Notes: a model not told the origin generated them from the letters alone. DNA of 64,000 nucleotides from Atopobium sp. (GCA_015258715.1 JABZHR010000003.1:48872-112871), one strand, 5' to 3'. Counted from the first letter of the stretch, positions 40,712 to 50,638 are shown. Program-made: numbers and translations.

Positions 40712-40745
40712 TCAAGGCCGGGGATTTTCTCCCTGGCCTTTTTGC
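40712..40745 (+). terminator. Terminator after tRNA-Ala
   Basis: The ggccgggga...ccctggcc hairpin is followed by TTTTT. Confidence 0.45.
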
Positions 40746-40894
40746 TTAGACGTCAAAAACATACCGATAGCCGCCAATATCAGCCACTTATCGAATAGTT
40801 GAAATATTTTCGAAAAAATTTGAGTACGATTTACACAGGAGTATGTTCTTTTCATTGGAGCTGTGGATAACCACAAGGAGAGAAAAGAGTTCTT

Positions 40895-42034
40895 ATGTCA
40901 AACCTTACTCGTCGCAACTTTTTTGGTGTCAGCGCAGTTGTAGCAGGTTTGGGTATCACAGCCTGCAAAAAGTCCGATTCTGATACTAGCGAGAAAAAAG
41001 AATCTGACACCAACTCTACCGATGCTGTTGGTGCACCAGAAGAGCTGGTAAAGGCAGCAAAAGAAGAAGGTAAGCTAATTGTTTATGGCTCTTGCGAGGA
41101 AGAGTACATAAACGCAGTTTGTGCAAACTTCAAGAGCCTGTACGGCATTGATGTTCAGGCACAGCGTCTCTCAACTGGAGAAGTTGCTGCAAAGATTGAG
41201 GAAGAGAACGGTCATCCATCAGCTGACGTCTGGTTTGGCGGAACAACCGATCCTTACAATGTCACCTCTTCAAAGGGCCTTCTTGAGCAGTATGAGCCAA
41301 AGAATGCATCACATCTTATTTCCGATAAGTTCAAGAGTACCAATAAAGACTGGTACGGAATTTATAAGGGTATTCTGGGCATTCTGTACGATAAGGATGA
41401 GCTTCAGCGCCTTAAGCTTGATGTTCCTCAGGATTACAAAGACCTTATCGATCCTAAGTATAAGGGCCTTATTTGGTCTTCTAACTACAACACCGCAGGT
41501 ACTGCAAAGCTGATCATCAACACCGTTATTCAGAAGTACGGTCATGACCAGGGCATTCAGTATCTTGTTGATCTTGATAAGAATATTGCTCAGTACACCA
41601 AGAGTGGTTCTGGTCCTTCTAAGGCTATCGGAACAGGCGAGTGCACCATCGGAATTGGTATGCTCCATGACGGCATTTATCAGATTGTTGACCAAGAGCA
41701 TGAGAATGTTGGTCTTCAGATTCCAAGCTCTGGCGCATCATACGAGGTTGGCGCAACCGCAATCTTCAAGGGCGCTGCACATCCAAACGCAGCTAAGCTC
41801 TGGATTGAGTATGCACTCTCACCAGCATGCGTTGACCTTGCTCAGAAGAACGGCTCTTACCAGTTCCTGGTAATTGACAACGCAAAGCAGCCTGAGATTG
41901 CTACTGAGTACGGCCTTGATCCAAACAACGTCATGGACTACAACTTCGAGGATGCCAAGAAGCACACCGAGCAGTATGTCAAGGACGTTATGGAAGCTCT
42001 TGGTGGCGGAGACAGTCGCTTCAAGACGGAGTAA
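40895..42034 (+). CDS. ABC transporter substrate-binding lipoprotein, iron(III) or polyamine type (solute-binding family 1)
   Basis: The N-terminus has a Tat-like RRNFFGVSAVVAGLGITAC signal and a lipobox. It is the first gene of a binding-protein/permease/ATPase operon. Confidence 0.7.
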   Translation: MSNLTRRNFFGVSAVVAGLGITACKKSDSDTSEKKESDTNSTDAVGAPEELVKAAKEEGKLIVYGSCEEEYINAVCANFKSLYGIDVQAQRLSTGEVAAKIEEENGHPSADVWFGGTTDPYNVTSSKGLLEQYEPKNASHLISDKFKSTNKDWYGIYKGILGILYDKDELQRLKLDVPQDYKDLIDPKYKGLIWSSNYNTAGTAKLIINTVIQKYGHDQGIQYLVDLDKNIAQYTKSGSGPSKAIGTGECTIGIGMLHDGIYQIVDQEHENVGLQIPSSGASYEVGATAIFKGAAHPNAAKLWIEYALSPACVDLAQKNGSYQFLVIDNAKQPEIATEYGLDPNNVMDYNFEDAKKHTEQYVKDVMEALGGGDSRFKTE

Positions 42035-42173
42035 AACCAGCGCCGTCGAGCAAACAAACAATGTTGTTGCTCAAGCTTTGAGTGGCAGATTATACTGGGT
42101 AGGCAGAGATCTGCCTACCCAGTTCCACATAGAGCTTTGCGTATAGGTTTAGTGTTTCAGAGTTAGGACCAGC

Positions 42174-43883
42174 ATGGCAAAATCCCAGAGCGCTCGACTT
42201 GAGCGAAAAAAGCTCCTTGGCGATCCAATTTTGATAACGACCATTGTCGTTCTTATCGCCTTCTTAACCCTATTTATTTTGTATCCACTTGCCATTCTTA
42301 TGGTTGACTCTGTAGTCTCCGATAATGGGATTAGCTTTGATGTATTTACGCGCATCTTGGCTTTGCCTTCGTTTGATCGCGCAATTACCAATACGCTCAG
42401 AGTTGGTTTTGCGGTAGGCATCTTATCAGCGCTTATTGGTCTTCTTTTTGCGTATGTTGAAGTGTACGTAAAGCTTCGCACAAAGTTTATGACAGGACTT
42501 TTCCGCGTGGTTTCCATGCTTCCTGTTGTTTCTCCGCCATTTGTTCTCTCGCTTTCTATGATTATGATGTTTGGCAAGAAAGGCCTGATTACTCGAGGTC
42601 TTTTGGGAATTTTTGACAACAACATCTATGGTTTCTGGGGCATTTTTATTGTTCAGACCATGTCGTTCTTCCCTGTGTGCTACATGATGCTTAAGGGTCT
42701 GCTTAAAAACATTGACCCATCTCTAGAAGAAGCAGCCCGTGACATGGGAGCAAGCCGCTGGAAGGTATTTACTAGCGTCACGCTACCTCTTATTTTGCCT
42801 GGCTTGGGCAACGCTTTTCTCGTCTCATTTATTGAGTCAATCGCAGACTTTGCTAACCCAATGATTATTGGTGGTTCGTACGATACCCTAGCAACAACCA
42901 TTTACCTGCAAATTACAGGCGCGTATGACAAGCAGGGCGCAGCTGCTATGGCTGTTGTTCTTCTTTCCATCACGCTGCTTATGTTTGTTGTTCAGAAGTT
43001 TGTACTGGAAGCAAAGAGCACGTCCACGCTCTCAGGCAAAGCAACACGAGCTAGGATGCTCATTACAGACAACTCTGTTCGCATCCCGCTCACTATCCTT
43101 TGCGCGCTGGTAGCACTCTTTGTTATTGGCATGTACCTCTGCGTTCCTTATGGTTCGTTTGTCCGTTCCTGGGGTTCTAATTACGAACTAACTACCAAAT
43201 GGTTTGAACAGGTATTTACCAAGTATCACGGACTACAGGCATTTAGCGATTCGTTTACGCTCTCGCTTATTGCAGCACCAATTACCGCTCTGCTTTCGAT
43301 GATTATTTCTTATCTGGTAGTAAAGCGCCGCTTCCGTGGCCGTGGTTTTATCGAGGCGGTTTCCATGCTTGCCATGGCAGTTCCTGGTACGGTTTTGGGC
43401 GTTGGTTACATTCGCGGTTTCTCAAGTGGTGTCATGCACACAGGATTTTTGCAAGGCCTGTATGGCACGGGACTTATCTTGATTATTGTCTTTGTCGTAC
43501 GTTCGCTTCCTACAGGAACGCGCTCTGGTATCTCGGCGCTTCGTCAGATTGATAAATCAATTGAAGAGTCCGCATATGACATGGGTGCCGACAGCTTTAC
43601 GGTGTTTATGACCGTTACGCTACCGCTGATTAAAGACTCGTTCTTGTCGGGCCTGGTAACGGCGTTTGTTCGTTCCATCACCGCAATTTCCGCAGTTATT
43701 CTCTTGGTCACACCAGAGTTCCTGCTCATTACTGTTCAGATCAATGAGTTTGCGGGCAAGGGTTCATATGGTATGGCCTGCGCCTTTGCAACAATTCTGA
43801 TTGTTATTACCTATGGCTCGGTATTGCTTATGAATTGGGCCATCAAACACTTTGGCACCAGCCGAGCACTCAAGGAGGAGTAA
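42174..43883 (+). CDS. ABC transporter permease, fused two-domain type (FbpB/ThiP-like, ~12 TM)
   Basis: Two EAA-loop motifs are present (EEAARDMGASRWKVF and EESAYDMGADSFTVF). Confidence 0.8.
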   Translation: MAKSQSARLERKKLLGDPILITTIVVLIAFLTLFILYPLAILMVDSVVSDNGISFDVFTRILALPSFDRAITNTLRVGFAVGILSALIGLLFAYVEVYVKLRTKFMTGLFRVVSMLPVVSPPFVLSLSMIMMFGKKGLITRGLLGIFDNNIYGFWGIFIVQTMSFFPVCYMMLKGLLKNIDPSLEEAARDMGASRWKVFTSVTLPLILPGLGNAFLVSFIESIADFANPMIIGGSYDTLATTIYLQITGAYDKQGAAAMAVVLLSITLLMFVVQKFVLEAKSTSTLSGKATRARMLITDNSVRIPLTILCALVALFVIGMYLCVPYGSFVRSWGSNYELTTKWFEQVFTKYHGLQAFSDSFTLSLIAAPITALLSMIISYLVVKRRFRGRGFIEAVSMLAMAVPGTVLGVGYIRGFSSGVMHTGFLQGLYGTGLILIIVFVVRSLPTGTRSGISALRQIDKSIEESAYDMGADSFTVFMTVTLPLIKDSFLSGLVTAFVRSITAISAVILLVTPEFLLITVQINEFAGKGSYGMACAFATILIVITYGSVLLMNWAIKHFGTSRALKEE

Positions 43884-43886
43884 CAC

Positions 43887-44966
43887 ATGGCTACAGAGAA
43901 AAAAGGCGTTCGCCTTGAGCACATTTCCAAGATTTATCAGGATCAGAAGACTGGCAAAGACTTCTACGCAGTTCAAGACGCTAACATCACTATTGCTCCT
44001 GGCGAGTTTGTAACACTGCTTGGCCCTTCTGGCTGCGGAAAGACCACTATCTTGCGCATGATTGCTGGTTTTGAAAGCCCTGATGAGGGAAAGATTTTCC
44101 TCGGCGACGAGCAGATTGATGAGCTCACTCCAAACAAGCGCGATACGGCAATGGTGTTCCAGAGCTATGCGCTGCTTCCTCACTACAACATCTTTGACAA
44201 TGTTGCGTATGGCCTCAAGCTCCGCAAAATGGATAAGGCAGTAATTCGCGAGAAGGTCCTTCATATCCTGGGTCTTGTTGGACTTGAGGGCATGGAAGAG
44301 CGTATGACCAACCAGCTTTCTGGCGGTCAGCAGCAGCGTGTTGCTTTGGCGCGTGCTCTGGTTATTGAGCCAAGCGTTCTTCTTTTTGACGAGCCTCTTT
44401 CAAACCTGGATGCAAAGCTCCGCGTTGACATGCGTAACGAGATTCGTCGCATTCAGCAGGAGGCTGGCATTACCGCCATCTACGTCACACATGACCAGTC
44501 AGAGGCAATGGCACTTTCAGACAACATCATCATTATGAAAAAGGGTGTTGTGGATCAGGTTGGCGATCCTCAGACGGTTTACTATCACCCAGCAGATGAG
44601 TTTGTTGCAGACTTTATTGGTGAGTCAAACTTCTTGCACGCAACCATTGCAGATAAGCTTGACTCTGAGACTGCACTTTGCCGCTTTGAAGGCCATGAGT
44701 TTGAGGCCAGTGGATGTTCTCACTTGGACAAGGGTAAGGAATGCTGCATTGTTCTTCGCCCAGAGTCCGCACGCCTTGCTGATGAGGGAACGCTTGCCTG
44801 CGAGGTAGTGCTTTCTCGCTTCATGGGCCACTATCAGAACTACCACGTTATGGTTGGAGATACGCTCATTAAGATTACGGACTTCAACCCTCGTACCCAC
44901 AAGATTTACAACGTTGGCGACCACGCCTTTGTTGACTTTACCAAGGACGAGGTCCACGTTCTGTAA
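43887..44966 (+). CDS. ABC transporter ATP-binding protein with a C-terminal TOBE-like domain (FbpC/PotA-like)
   Basis: Walker A (GPSGCGKTT), the signature motif LSGGQQQRVALARAL, and Walker B (LLFDEPLS) are present. Confidence 0.85.
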   Translation: MATEKKGVRLEHISKIYQDQKTGKDFYAVQDANITIAPGEFVTLLGPSGCGKTTILRMIAGFESPDEGKIFLGDEQIDELTPNKRDTAMVFQSYALLPHYNIFDNVAYGLKLRKMDKAVIREKVLHILGLVGLEGMEERMTNQLSGGQQQRVALARALVIEPSVLLFDEPLSNLDAKLRVDMRNEIRRIQQEAGITAIYVTHDQSEAMALSDNIIIMKKGVVDQVGDPQTVYYHPADEFVADFIGESNFLHATIADKLDSETALCRFEGHEFEASGCSHLDKGKECCIVLRPESARLADEGTLACEVVLSRFMGHYQNYHVMVGDTLIKITDFNPRTHKIYNVGDHAFVDFTKDEVHVL

Positions 44967-44990
44967 GTGTTTGAGTTAAAGCAGTAACGT

Positions 44991-45027
44991 ATGGCGAGAA
45001 GATCAGTTGGTCTTCTCGCCATTTTTG
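44991..45027 (+). terminator. Terminator after the ABC operon
   Basis: The 12-bp stem atggcgagaaga ... tcttctcgccat is followed by TTTTTG. Confidence 0.55.
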
Positions 45028-45072
45028 TTTCGAGGCTTTAGCCTGTTGAGCGCGTGTAACGCGCGAAACACA

Positions 45073-45780
45073 AAACCACCCGCTATGCGGGTGGAGAATA
45101 CTTTTTGCTTTGCAAATTAAAATCCTTCCTTCTAGCATAGCGATTGTTCAGGTCACTAATAGCCAAGAAGGAAGGAGTAGCTATGGCACATAAGGCCAAT
45201 AGCCTTGCGCACACAAAATGGTTATGTAAATACCACATTGTGTTTACACCAAAGTATAGAAGGAAAGTCATTTATAACAAATACAGAGAAGACCTTCGAG
45301 AAATACTCAAGATGCTTTGTGACTGGAAAGGGGTGGAAATTCTAGAAGGTCACCTCATGCCAGATCATATACACATGCTTGTGAGTATCCCACCTAAGAT
45401 AAGCGTTTCAAGTTTTATGGGTTACTTAAAAGGTAAAAGCTCACTGCTCATGTTCGACAGACATGCAAACCTTAAATATAAGTATGGTAATAGAAAGTTT
45501 TGGGCTGAAGGCTACTATGTATCAACCGTAGGTCTTAATGAGGCGACAATAAGAAAATATATTCGCGAACAAGAAAACGCCGATATAGCTCAGGATAAAT
45601 TAAGTTTGAAGGAATATGAAAATCCCTTCGATAAATAATCTAGCTAGACAGCCAGTTTAACTGGCTGCCGGTGTTACATTGCTATTGTGACCTGAACGAA
45701 GTGAAGGGCAAAGGACTTGAGTCCTGGGCAAGTATAATTAGGGTTATACCCTAAGAGCAAACCACCCGCTATGCGGGTGG
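45073..45780 (+). mobile_element. IS200/IS605-family insertion sequence (~708 bp)
   Basis: Identical 22-bp end sequences, aaaccacccgctatgcgggtgg, sit at 45073-45094 and 45759-45780. Each forms an 8-bp-stem hairpin. They enclose a single HUH Y1 transposase gene. Further sub-terminal hairpins lie at 45650-45750. Confidence 0.75.
45183..45638 (+). CDS. tnpA: IS200/IS605-family transposase TnpA (HUH, Y1)
   Basis: The ~151-aa ORF carries the HUH motif HIHMLVSIP and a catalytic Tyr region. AAGGAG sits upstream of the ATG at 45183. Confidence 0.85.
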   Translation: MAHKANSLAHTKWLCKYHIVFTPKYRRKVIYNKYREDLREILKMLCDWKGVEILEGHLMPDHIHMLVSIPPKISVSSFMGYLKGKSSLLMFDRHANLKYKYGNRKFWAEGYYVSTVGLNEATIRKYIREQENADIAQDKLSLKEYENPFDK

Positions 45781-45786
45781 TTATGA

Positions 45787-46785
45787 TTAGATGGTTGATT
45801 TGAGCCAATTAAGCTTGCACGTGAGCAGTTTGTGGTCGGGCTCAAGCGAGGGGTCTTTGATTCTTTTAAGGAGCATTTTGCAAGCGGCATAACCCTCTTC
45901 ATAGACGGGTTCAACAATAGTTGAGATGCTTTTAGCAGGTAAATCGGTCCAATCAGTGTTATTGAATCCCAACAGACCAACTTGCTCTGGAATTACCTTT
46001 TCATAGGCATGCAGCGCGCTATAGACACTCTTGAGCGCCCACTGATTTGGCACAAACACCAGCGTTTTCTTTGATGGAAGAATGTGGTTGTTAAGCCATT
46101 GCGTGATTTCAGGGATAGATAACGTGCTTTGCTCTATAGTGAGACGCTCATAAGGTTTACTTGAGGCCTCTAAAGCATCGGTGAAGCCAGATTCTCGTTC
46201 AATCCTGGTGCGACCTTTTGGCTCTCCACCAATGATTAAAAAGTTTTCGTACCCACGCTCGACGCAGTGTGTTGCGGCTGAATAAACTCCGTCGTAGAGG
46301 TTACTTTTTATCCAGGAAGTATTAAGGGTGATTAGGTCGCAGTCAAAATAGACAACCGGTTTTCCAACTTTAGCAATGCGCCTGTCTACCGCTCTGAACT
46401 GATTGGTGGGCTGAATGAGCATACCATCTGCTCCAATTGAGAGCATTTTCTCAACCCAGTCGGCTTCAAGCGTGGGGTCAAAGCGAGAATTACAAATAAT
46501 TGTCTGATATCCGGCCTCAAGAGCAGCGTCTTCAATACCGTTGGTCATTTGGGCAGCCCAGGCATTAGTGTTGTCCAATATGAGAACAGCAATAATTCCA
46601 GAGCTCTTTTTAACCATTGCTTGAGCCTGGGCACTTGGGATATATCCCGTATTTTCAATTGCTTTTTTGATACGTTGCTTAGTTGCTTCGGACATCTTCT
46701 CAAAGTGTCCATTAAGGTAATTTGAGACGGTGGCAATGGAAACATTTGCTAATTTTGCAAGGTCAATGATAGTGGTCTTAGACAT
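45787..46785 (-). CDS. LacI-family transcriptional regulator
   Basis: The N-terminal HTH is MSKTTIIDLAKLANVSIATVSNYLNG. A periplasmic-binding-like sugar-sensor domain follows. Confidence 0.85.
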   Translation of the reverse strand: MSKTTIIDLAKLANVSIATVSNYLNGHFEKMSEATKQRIKKAIENTGYIPSAQAQAMVKKSSGIIAVLILDNTNAWAAQMTNGIEDAALEAGYQTIICNSRFDPTLEADWVEKMLSIGADGMLIQPTNQFRAVDRRIAKVGKPVVYFDCDLITLNTSWIKSNLYDGVYSAATHCVERGYENFLIIGGEPKGRTRIERESGFTDALEASSKPYERLTIEQSTLSIPEITQWLNNHILPSKKTLVFVPNQWALKSVYSALHAYEKVIPEQVGLLGFNNTDWTDLPAKSISTIVEPVYEEGYAACKMLLKRIKDPSLEPDHKLLTCKLNWLKSTI

Positions 46786-47037
46786 TGGCGCTCATTTCAC
46801 CGAAATTTTTACAATGTACTTGCAAAATACCAACGTTAGTGAGTGTGCTGGATTCTACGTTGGTTAAACGTTTAACAAAATTCATCATAACACAAGGTAG
46901 ATTAGACGTTTACCGAAATCTTCTTTCAAAAAAGATTGAAACAATGCAAAGTATGAGTTGGAAACGTACGTCGTCAAAAGACGTGCTCGTGCGCCCCGCT
47001 TAGGGGCTCACAACTTACTTTGCGAGAGGACATAACC

Positions 47038-47358
47038 ATGAACGTCGTTGCTGTATGCGCTTGCACGGTTGGAATTGCTCACACCTGGATGGCAAAAGAG
47101 GCTATCGAGAAAGAATGTGAGCGTCGCGGCTATGAATTCAAGGTAGAGGCTCAGGGTGGTTACGGTATTGAGAACGAGCTTGAGCAGGACGAAGTTGACG
47201 CTGCCGACGTTGTTCTTCTCGCCATTGCAATTGGCATCGAAGGCGACGAGCGTTTTGACGAGAAACGCGACGAGGGTCGCGTTCTAACGTTGGATCCTTC
47301 GCTTGCTATTGCGAATCCAGCAAAGGTTATTGATCAGGTAGTTGCGCTGGCTGAGTAG
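47038..47358 (+). CDS. PTS EIIB component, fructose-subfamily type
   Basis: The phospho-Cys motif VCACTVGIAHTWMAKEAIE is present. GAGAGGA sits upstream of the ATG at 47038. Confidence 0.75.
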   Translation: MNVVAVCACTVGIAHTWMAKEAIEKECERRGYEFKVEAQGGYGIENELEQDEVDAADVVLLAIAIGIEGDERFDEKRDEGRVLTLDPSLAIANPAKVIDQVVALAE

Positions 47359-47402
47359 CAAGCGCGTAAGTGATAACGCAAGGAAGAAGAGAGGAGAAAC
47401 CC

Positions 47403-48473
47403 ATGGCAGAGGAAAAGAGTCCCTCAGTTTTGGGCAAGGTCGGAAAAGACCTTCTAAAGGCGTTTAACACTGGTGTTTCGTACTTTATTCCTATTGTCGT
47501 AGTTGGCGGAGTCTTCTTGGCTTTCTCGCTAGCTACCGGAACTGCAGGAAAAGACGGTATTGAAGTCACCAATCCTTTGATGCAGAGCCTTAACCTTATT
47601 GGTATGGCCGGCATCAAGATGATGATTCCTGTCCTTGCTGCTTACATTGCCTATTCTTTGGGCGGAAAGCCTGCTCTGGCACCTGGCTTTGTCCTTGGTT
47701 ACCTGGCAAGCAATCCTGTTCCTGTAGGTGAGGTTCAGGTTTCTACTGGCTTCTTGGGCGCAATGGTTCTTGGCGTTGCTGCTGGTTACCTTGTCCAGTG
47801 GATGAAGAGCTGGAAGGTCAATAACACCATTCGTACCATCATGCCAATTCTGATCATCCCAAGCTTGTCTTCGCTTGCTCTTGGCATGCTTTACATCTAT
47901 GTTTTGGCAGCTCCACTTGGCGCCTTCATGGACTGGCTGACAAGCCTGCTTTCAAGCCTTCAGGGTGGCTCTGCAGTTGTGCTTGGCATTGTAATTGGCC
48001 TGATGACCGCATTTGATATGGGTGGCCCAGTTAACAAGACTGCTTCTACCTTCACCATGGCTCTTATGACCGCAGGTGTTTATGGTCCTAACGGTGCATT
48101 CCGTGTTGCAGTTGCTATTCCTCCACTGGTCTGCGGTGTTGCATCTCTTATTGCTCGCAGTAAGTTTGACGACACTGATAGACAGATGGGCATCTCCGCA
48201 GTCTTTATGGGACTCATCGGTATTACCGAGGGCGCAATTCCATTTGCTGTTAAGGATCTTGCACACACCCTGCCTGCAATCATGATTGGTTCTGCAGTTG
48301 GTGCTGGCCTTGCTGCTTGGCATGGTATTGAGTGCTTTGTTCCTCACGGTGGCATGATTGTTGCTGCAGCTACAAACAACATTGCCCTCTACACCCTTGA
48401 TATGGCAATTGGCGTTGCAGTAGGTGTTGCAATTCTTGTTCTTACCAAGCCAAAGCTTGAGGACAACAAGTAA
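47403..48473 (+). CDS. PTS EIIC component, fructose-family permease
   Basis: The ~356-aa polytopic membrane protein directly follows the EIIB gene. A ribosome-binding site GAGAGGAGAAAC precedes the ATG at 47403. Confidence 0.7.
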   Translation: MAEEKSPSVLGKVGKDLLKAFNTGVSYFIPIVVVGGVFLAFSLATGTAGKDGIEVTNPLMQSLNLIGMAGIKMMIPVLAAYIAYSLGGKPALAPGFVLGYLASNPVPVGEVQVSTGFLGAMVLGVAAGYLVQWMKSWKVNNTIRTIMPILIIPSLSSLALGMLYIYVLAAPLGAFMDWLTSLLSSLQGGSAVVLGIVIGLMTAFDMGGPVNKTASTFTMALMTAGVYGPNGAFRVAVAIPPLVCGVASLIARSKFDDTDRQMGISAVFMGLIGITEGAIPFAVKDLAHTLPAIMIGSAVGAGLAAWHGIECFVPHGGMIVAAATNNIALYTLDMAIGVAVGVAILVLTKPKLEDNK

Positions 48474-48602
48474 TACATAGCGAGAAACGCATGTATCTTT
48501 TGGTCTTAGACCTTAAAAATTGAAGTTAAAAGGAGAGGGGCGTAGGGATTCAACCCCCACGCCCTTCTTATTACCAAGAAACACTCTTGGGAAGGGGTAA
48601 AT

Positions 48603-49883
48603 ATGGAAAAACTACCAATCAAAAAAGCTGTTGAAGGGTTGCTTAAGCTTCAGGACACAGGAAAGTCCGCCACGCTGTTAGGAATTGGACCAATGTCGCC
48701 CAACCTGCTCCAGGCAGCTTTTGAACTTGGTAGAGACTGCGATTTTCCTCTGATGTTTATTGCATCTCGAAACCAGGTAGACCTTGATGAACTTGGTGGA
48801 GGATACGTAAATTCTTGGGATCAGAAGCGTTTCTCGGAAGATATTGCTGAAGCAGCTCAGAAGGTTGGCTTTGACGGTCTATATTATCTCTGCCGCGACC
48901 ACGGTGGCCCTTGGCAGCGCGACGAGGAGCGTAACGCTCACCTTCCAGAAGATGAGGCCATGGAGCTTGCCAAGAAGTCTTATCTTGCCGACATGCTTAA
49001 CGGTTTTGACCTGCTGATGATTGACCCAACTAAGGATCCTTTTGAGATTGGCAAGGTTATTCCGCTTGATGTGGTTCTTCGCCGTACAGTTGATTTGATT
49101 GAGTGGTGCGAGAAAGAACGTGTTTCTCGCGGTCTTCCTGAGATTGGCTATGAGGTTGGTACCGAGGAAACAAACGGCGGCTTAACCTCTACTGATAAGT
49201 ACCACACCTTTATTGAACAGCTTAAGAGCGAGCTCACCGCTAAGGGCCTGCCTATGCCAACCTTTATTGTTGGACAGACAGGAACGCTTACGCGTCTTAC
49301 CGAGCAGGTTGGACATTACGATTTTGAGGCCGCTATTAGCCTTGCTGAGATGGCTAAGAGCTACGGTGTTGGTCTCAAGGAACACAACGCAGATTACCTT
49401 GATGACGTGACGCTGCTTGAGCACACTCCTGCAAATGTCACCGCATCAAACGTAGCTCCACAGTACGGAACAGAGGAGACTCGCGCATATCTGAAGCTTT
49501 GCGATGTCGAAGATCTTCTGGTCAAAGAAGGCCTCCTGAAAGCGGATGAGGTTTCTGGCTTGAGGAATACCCTGCTGGTCAAGGCAATTGAGACCGAGCG
49601 TTGGCGTAAGTGGATGGTTGGCGATCAGGTTAATCTGACTGTTGAGCAGATTCTTGCTGATCACAAACTGTCGCTGGATATTCTTGATATTTCTGGTCAT
49701 TATGCGTTCAATGACGACGAGGTCAAGGCTGCAACTGAGCACCTCTACAAGAACCTTGCTCAGTTCAATATTGATGGCCAGCGCTTTGTTGTCGATCACA
49801 TCAAGCGTCCTCTTCGTCAGTACGTTGAGTGCTACAGGCTTGAGGGAGTTACCACGCGTATTCGTGAGGTACTGGCAGAGTAA
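48603..49883 (+). CDS. GatZ/KbaZ/AgaZ-family protein (tagatose-bisphosphate aldolase accessory subunit or tagatose-6-phosphate epimerase-like)
   Basis: Blocks IASRNQVD..GGY, LCRDHGGPWQ and IGYEVGTEET match the GatZ/KbaZ pattern. Confidence 0.65.
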   Translation: MEKLPIKKAVEGLLKLQDTGKSATLLGIGPMSPNLLQAAFELGRDCDFPLMFIASRNQVDLDELGGGYVNSWDQKRFSEDIAEAAQKVGFDGLYYLCRDHGGPWQRDEERNAHLPEDEAMELAKKSYLADMLNGFDLLMIDPTKDPFEIGKVIPLDVVLRRTVDLIEWCEKERVSRGLPEIGYEVGTEETNGGLTSTDKYHTFIEQLKSELTAKGLPMPTFIVGQTGTLTRLTEQVGHYDFEAAISLAEMAKSYGVGLKEHNADYLDDVTLLEHTPANVTASNVAPQYGTEETRAYLKLCDVEDLLVKEGLLKADEVSGLRNTLLVKAIETERWRKWMVGDQVNLTVEQILADHKLSLDILDISGHYAFNDDEVKAATEHLYKNLAQFNIDGQRFVVDHIKRPLRQYVECYRLEGVTTRIREVLAE

Positions 49884-49960
49884 ACACGCGCTTTCAGGCG
49901 CGGCGTTTTACCGTTGCAGCTTCCTTGCTGTCCAATTTTGGACAGATAGCTGACAAACCT

Positions 49961-49998
49961 AAGAGGTCGAAGGCTTTTTGCTTTCGACCTCTTTTCTT
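49961..49998 (+). terminator. Terminator after the GatZ-like gene
   Basis: The gaggtcgaa...ttcgacctc hairpin is followed by TTTTCTTG. Confidence 0.45.
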
Positions 49999-50051
49999 GT
50001 GCGATGTATCATAGAGAACAATAATTACAAAAAACGACGCTAAGGAGCGGC

Positions 50052-50510
50052 ATGGCCGAAAACAACGAGCGCAAAGATGGAGTTTCTCCCCAGCTTGATA
50101 TGCTCTCAACTGAGCTGCTTGGAGATGCGTTTGACCTGCTTGCAGATGGTCAATCACTCAACGTTTTGCTTGTAGTTGAGGACGCGTCAGGCACCGTTGC
50201 AAGTTATGAGTTCTCTGACGACGGTCCAGAAGAGCTGCTTGAGGGTGCCCATAAGCGCGTGCTTGACCTGGTCAAACAGAAGGGCGATAAAGAAGCAGGA
50301 CTTGAAGAGCCTGTCCGCTATGCGCTTGTATACGAAGGAGCCATCCAGCTGCTCAAAGAGGGCGGTTATGAGGATGCCGTACTTCTTGAGTTTGGCGAGA
50401 AGGGCTATAAGAGTTTCTCGGCATATTCTTTAGTTCACGGAAAAGGCCAAGGCGACCAGTTTGTGTGGTCTGATCCAGCGCCGGCAGGAGAGCTTGAGCC
50501 GCTTCTGTAA
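50052..50510 (+). CDS. Acidic hypothetical protein (152 aa)
   Basis: An ORF with good coding appearance upstream of typA. No recognisable motifs were found. Confidence 0.4.
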   Translation: MAENNERKDGVSPQLDMLSTELLGDAFDLLADGQSLNVLLVVEDASGTVASYEFSDDGPEELLEGAHKRVLDLVKQKGDKEAGLEEPVRYALVYEGAIQLLKEGGYEDAVLLEFGEKGYKSFSAYSLVHGKGQGDQFVWSDPAPAGELEPLL

Positions 50511-50638
50511 TGAAAAAGCTGCGTTCATTGAAATTTCTGGGCACTCTAGGCACGTAATTGCACTAAAGTTCTAAAGCTGATAAAAATTGGACCTGAATTA
50601 TTCAAGTCTAAGCACATACCTTCGAGAGATAGAGACTT

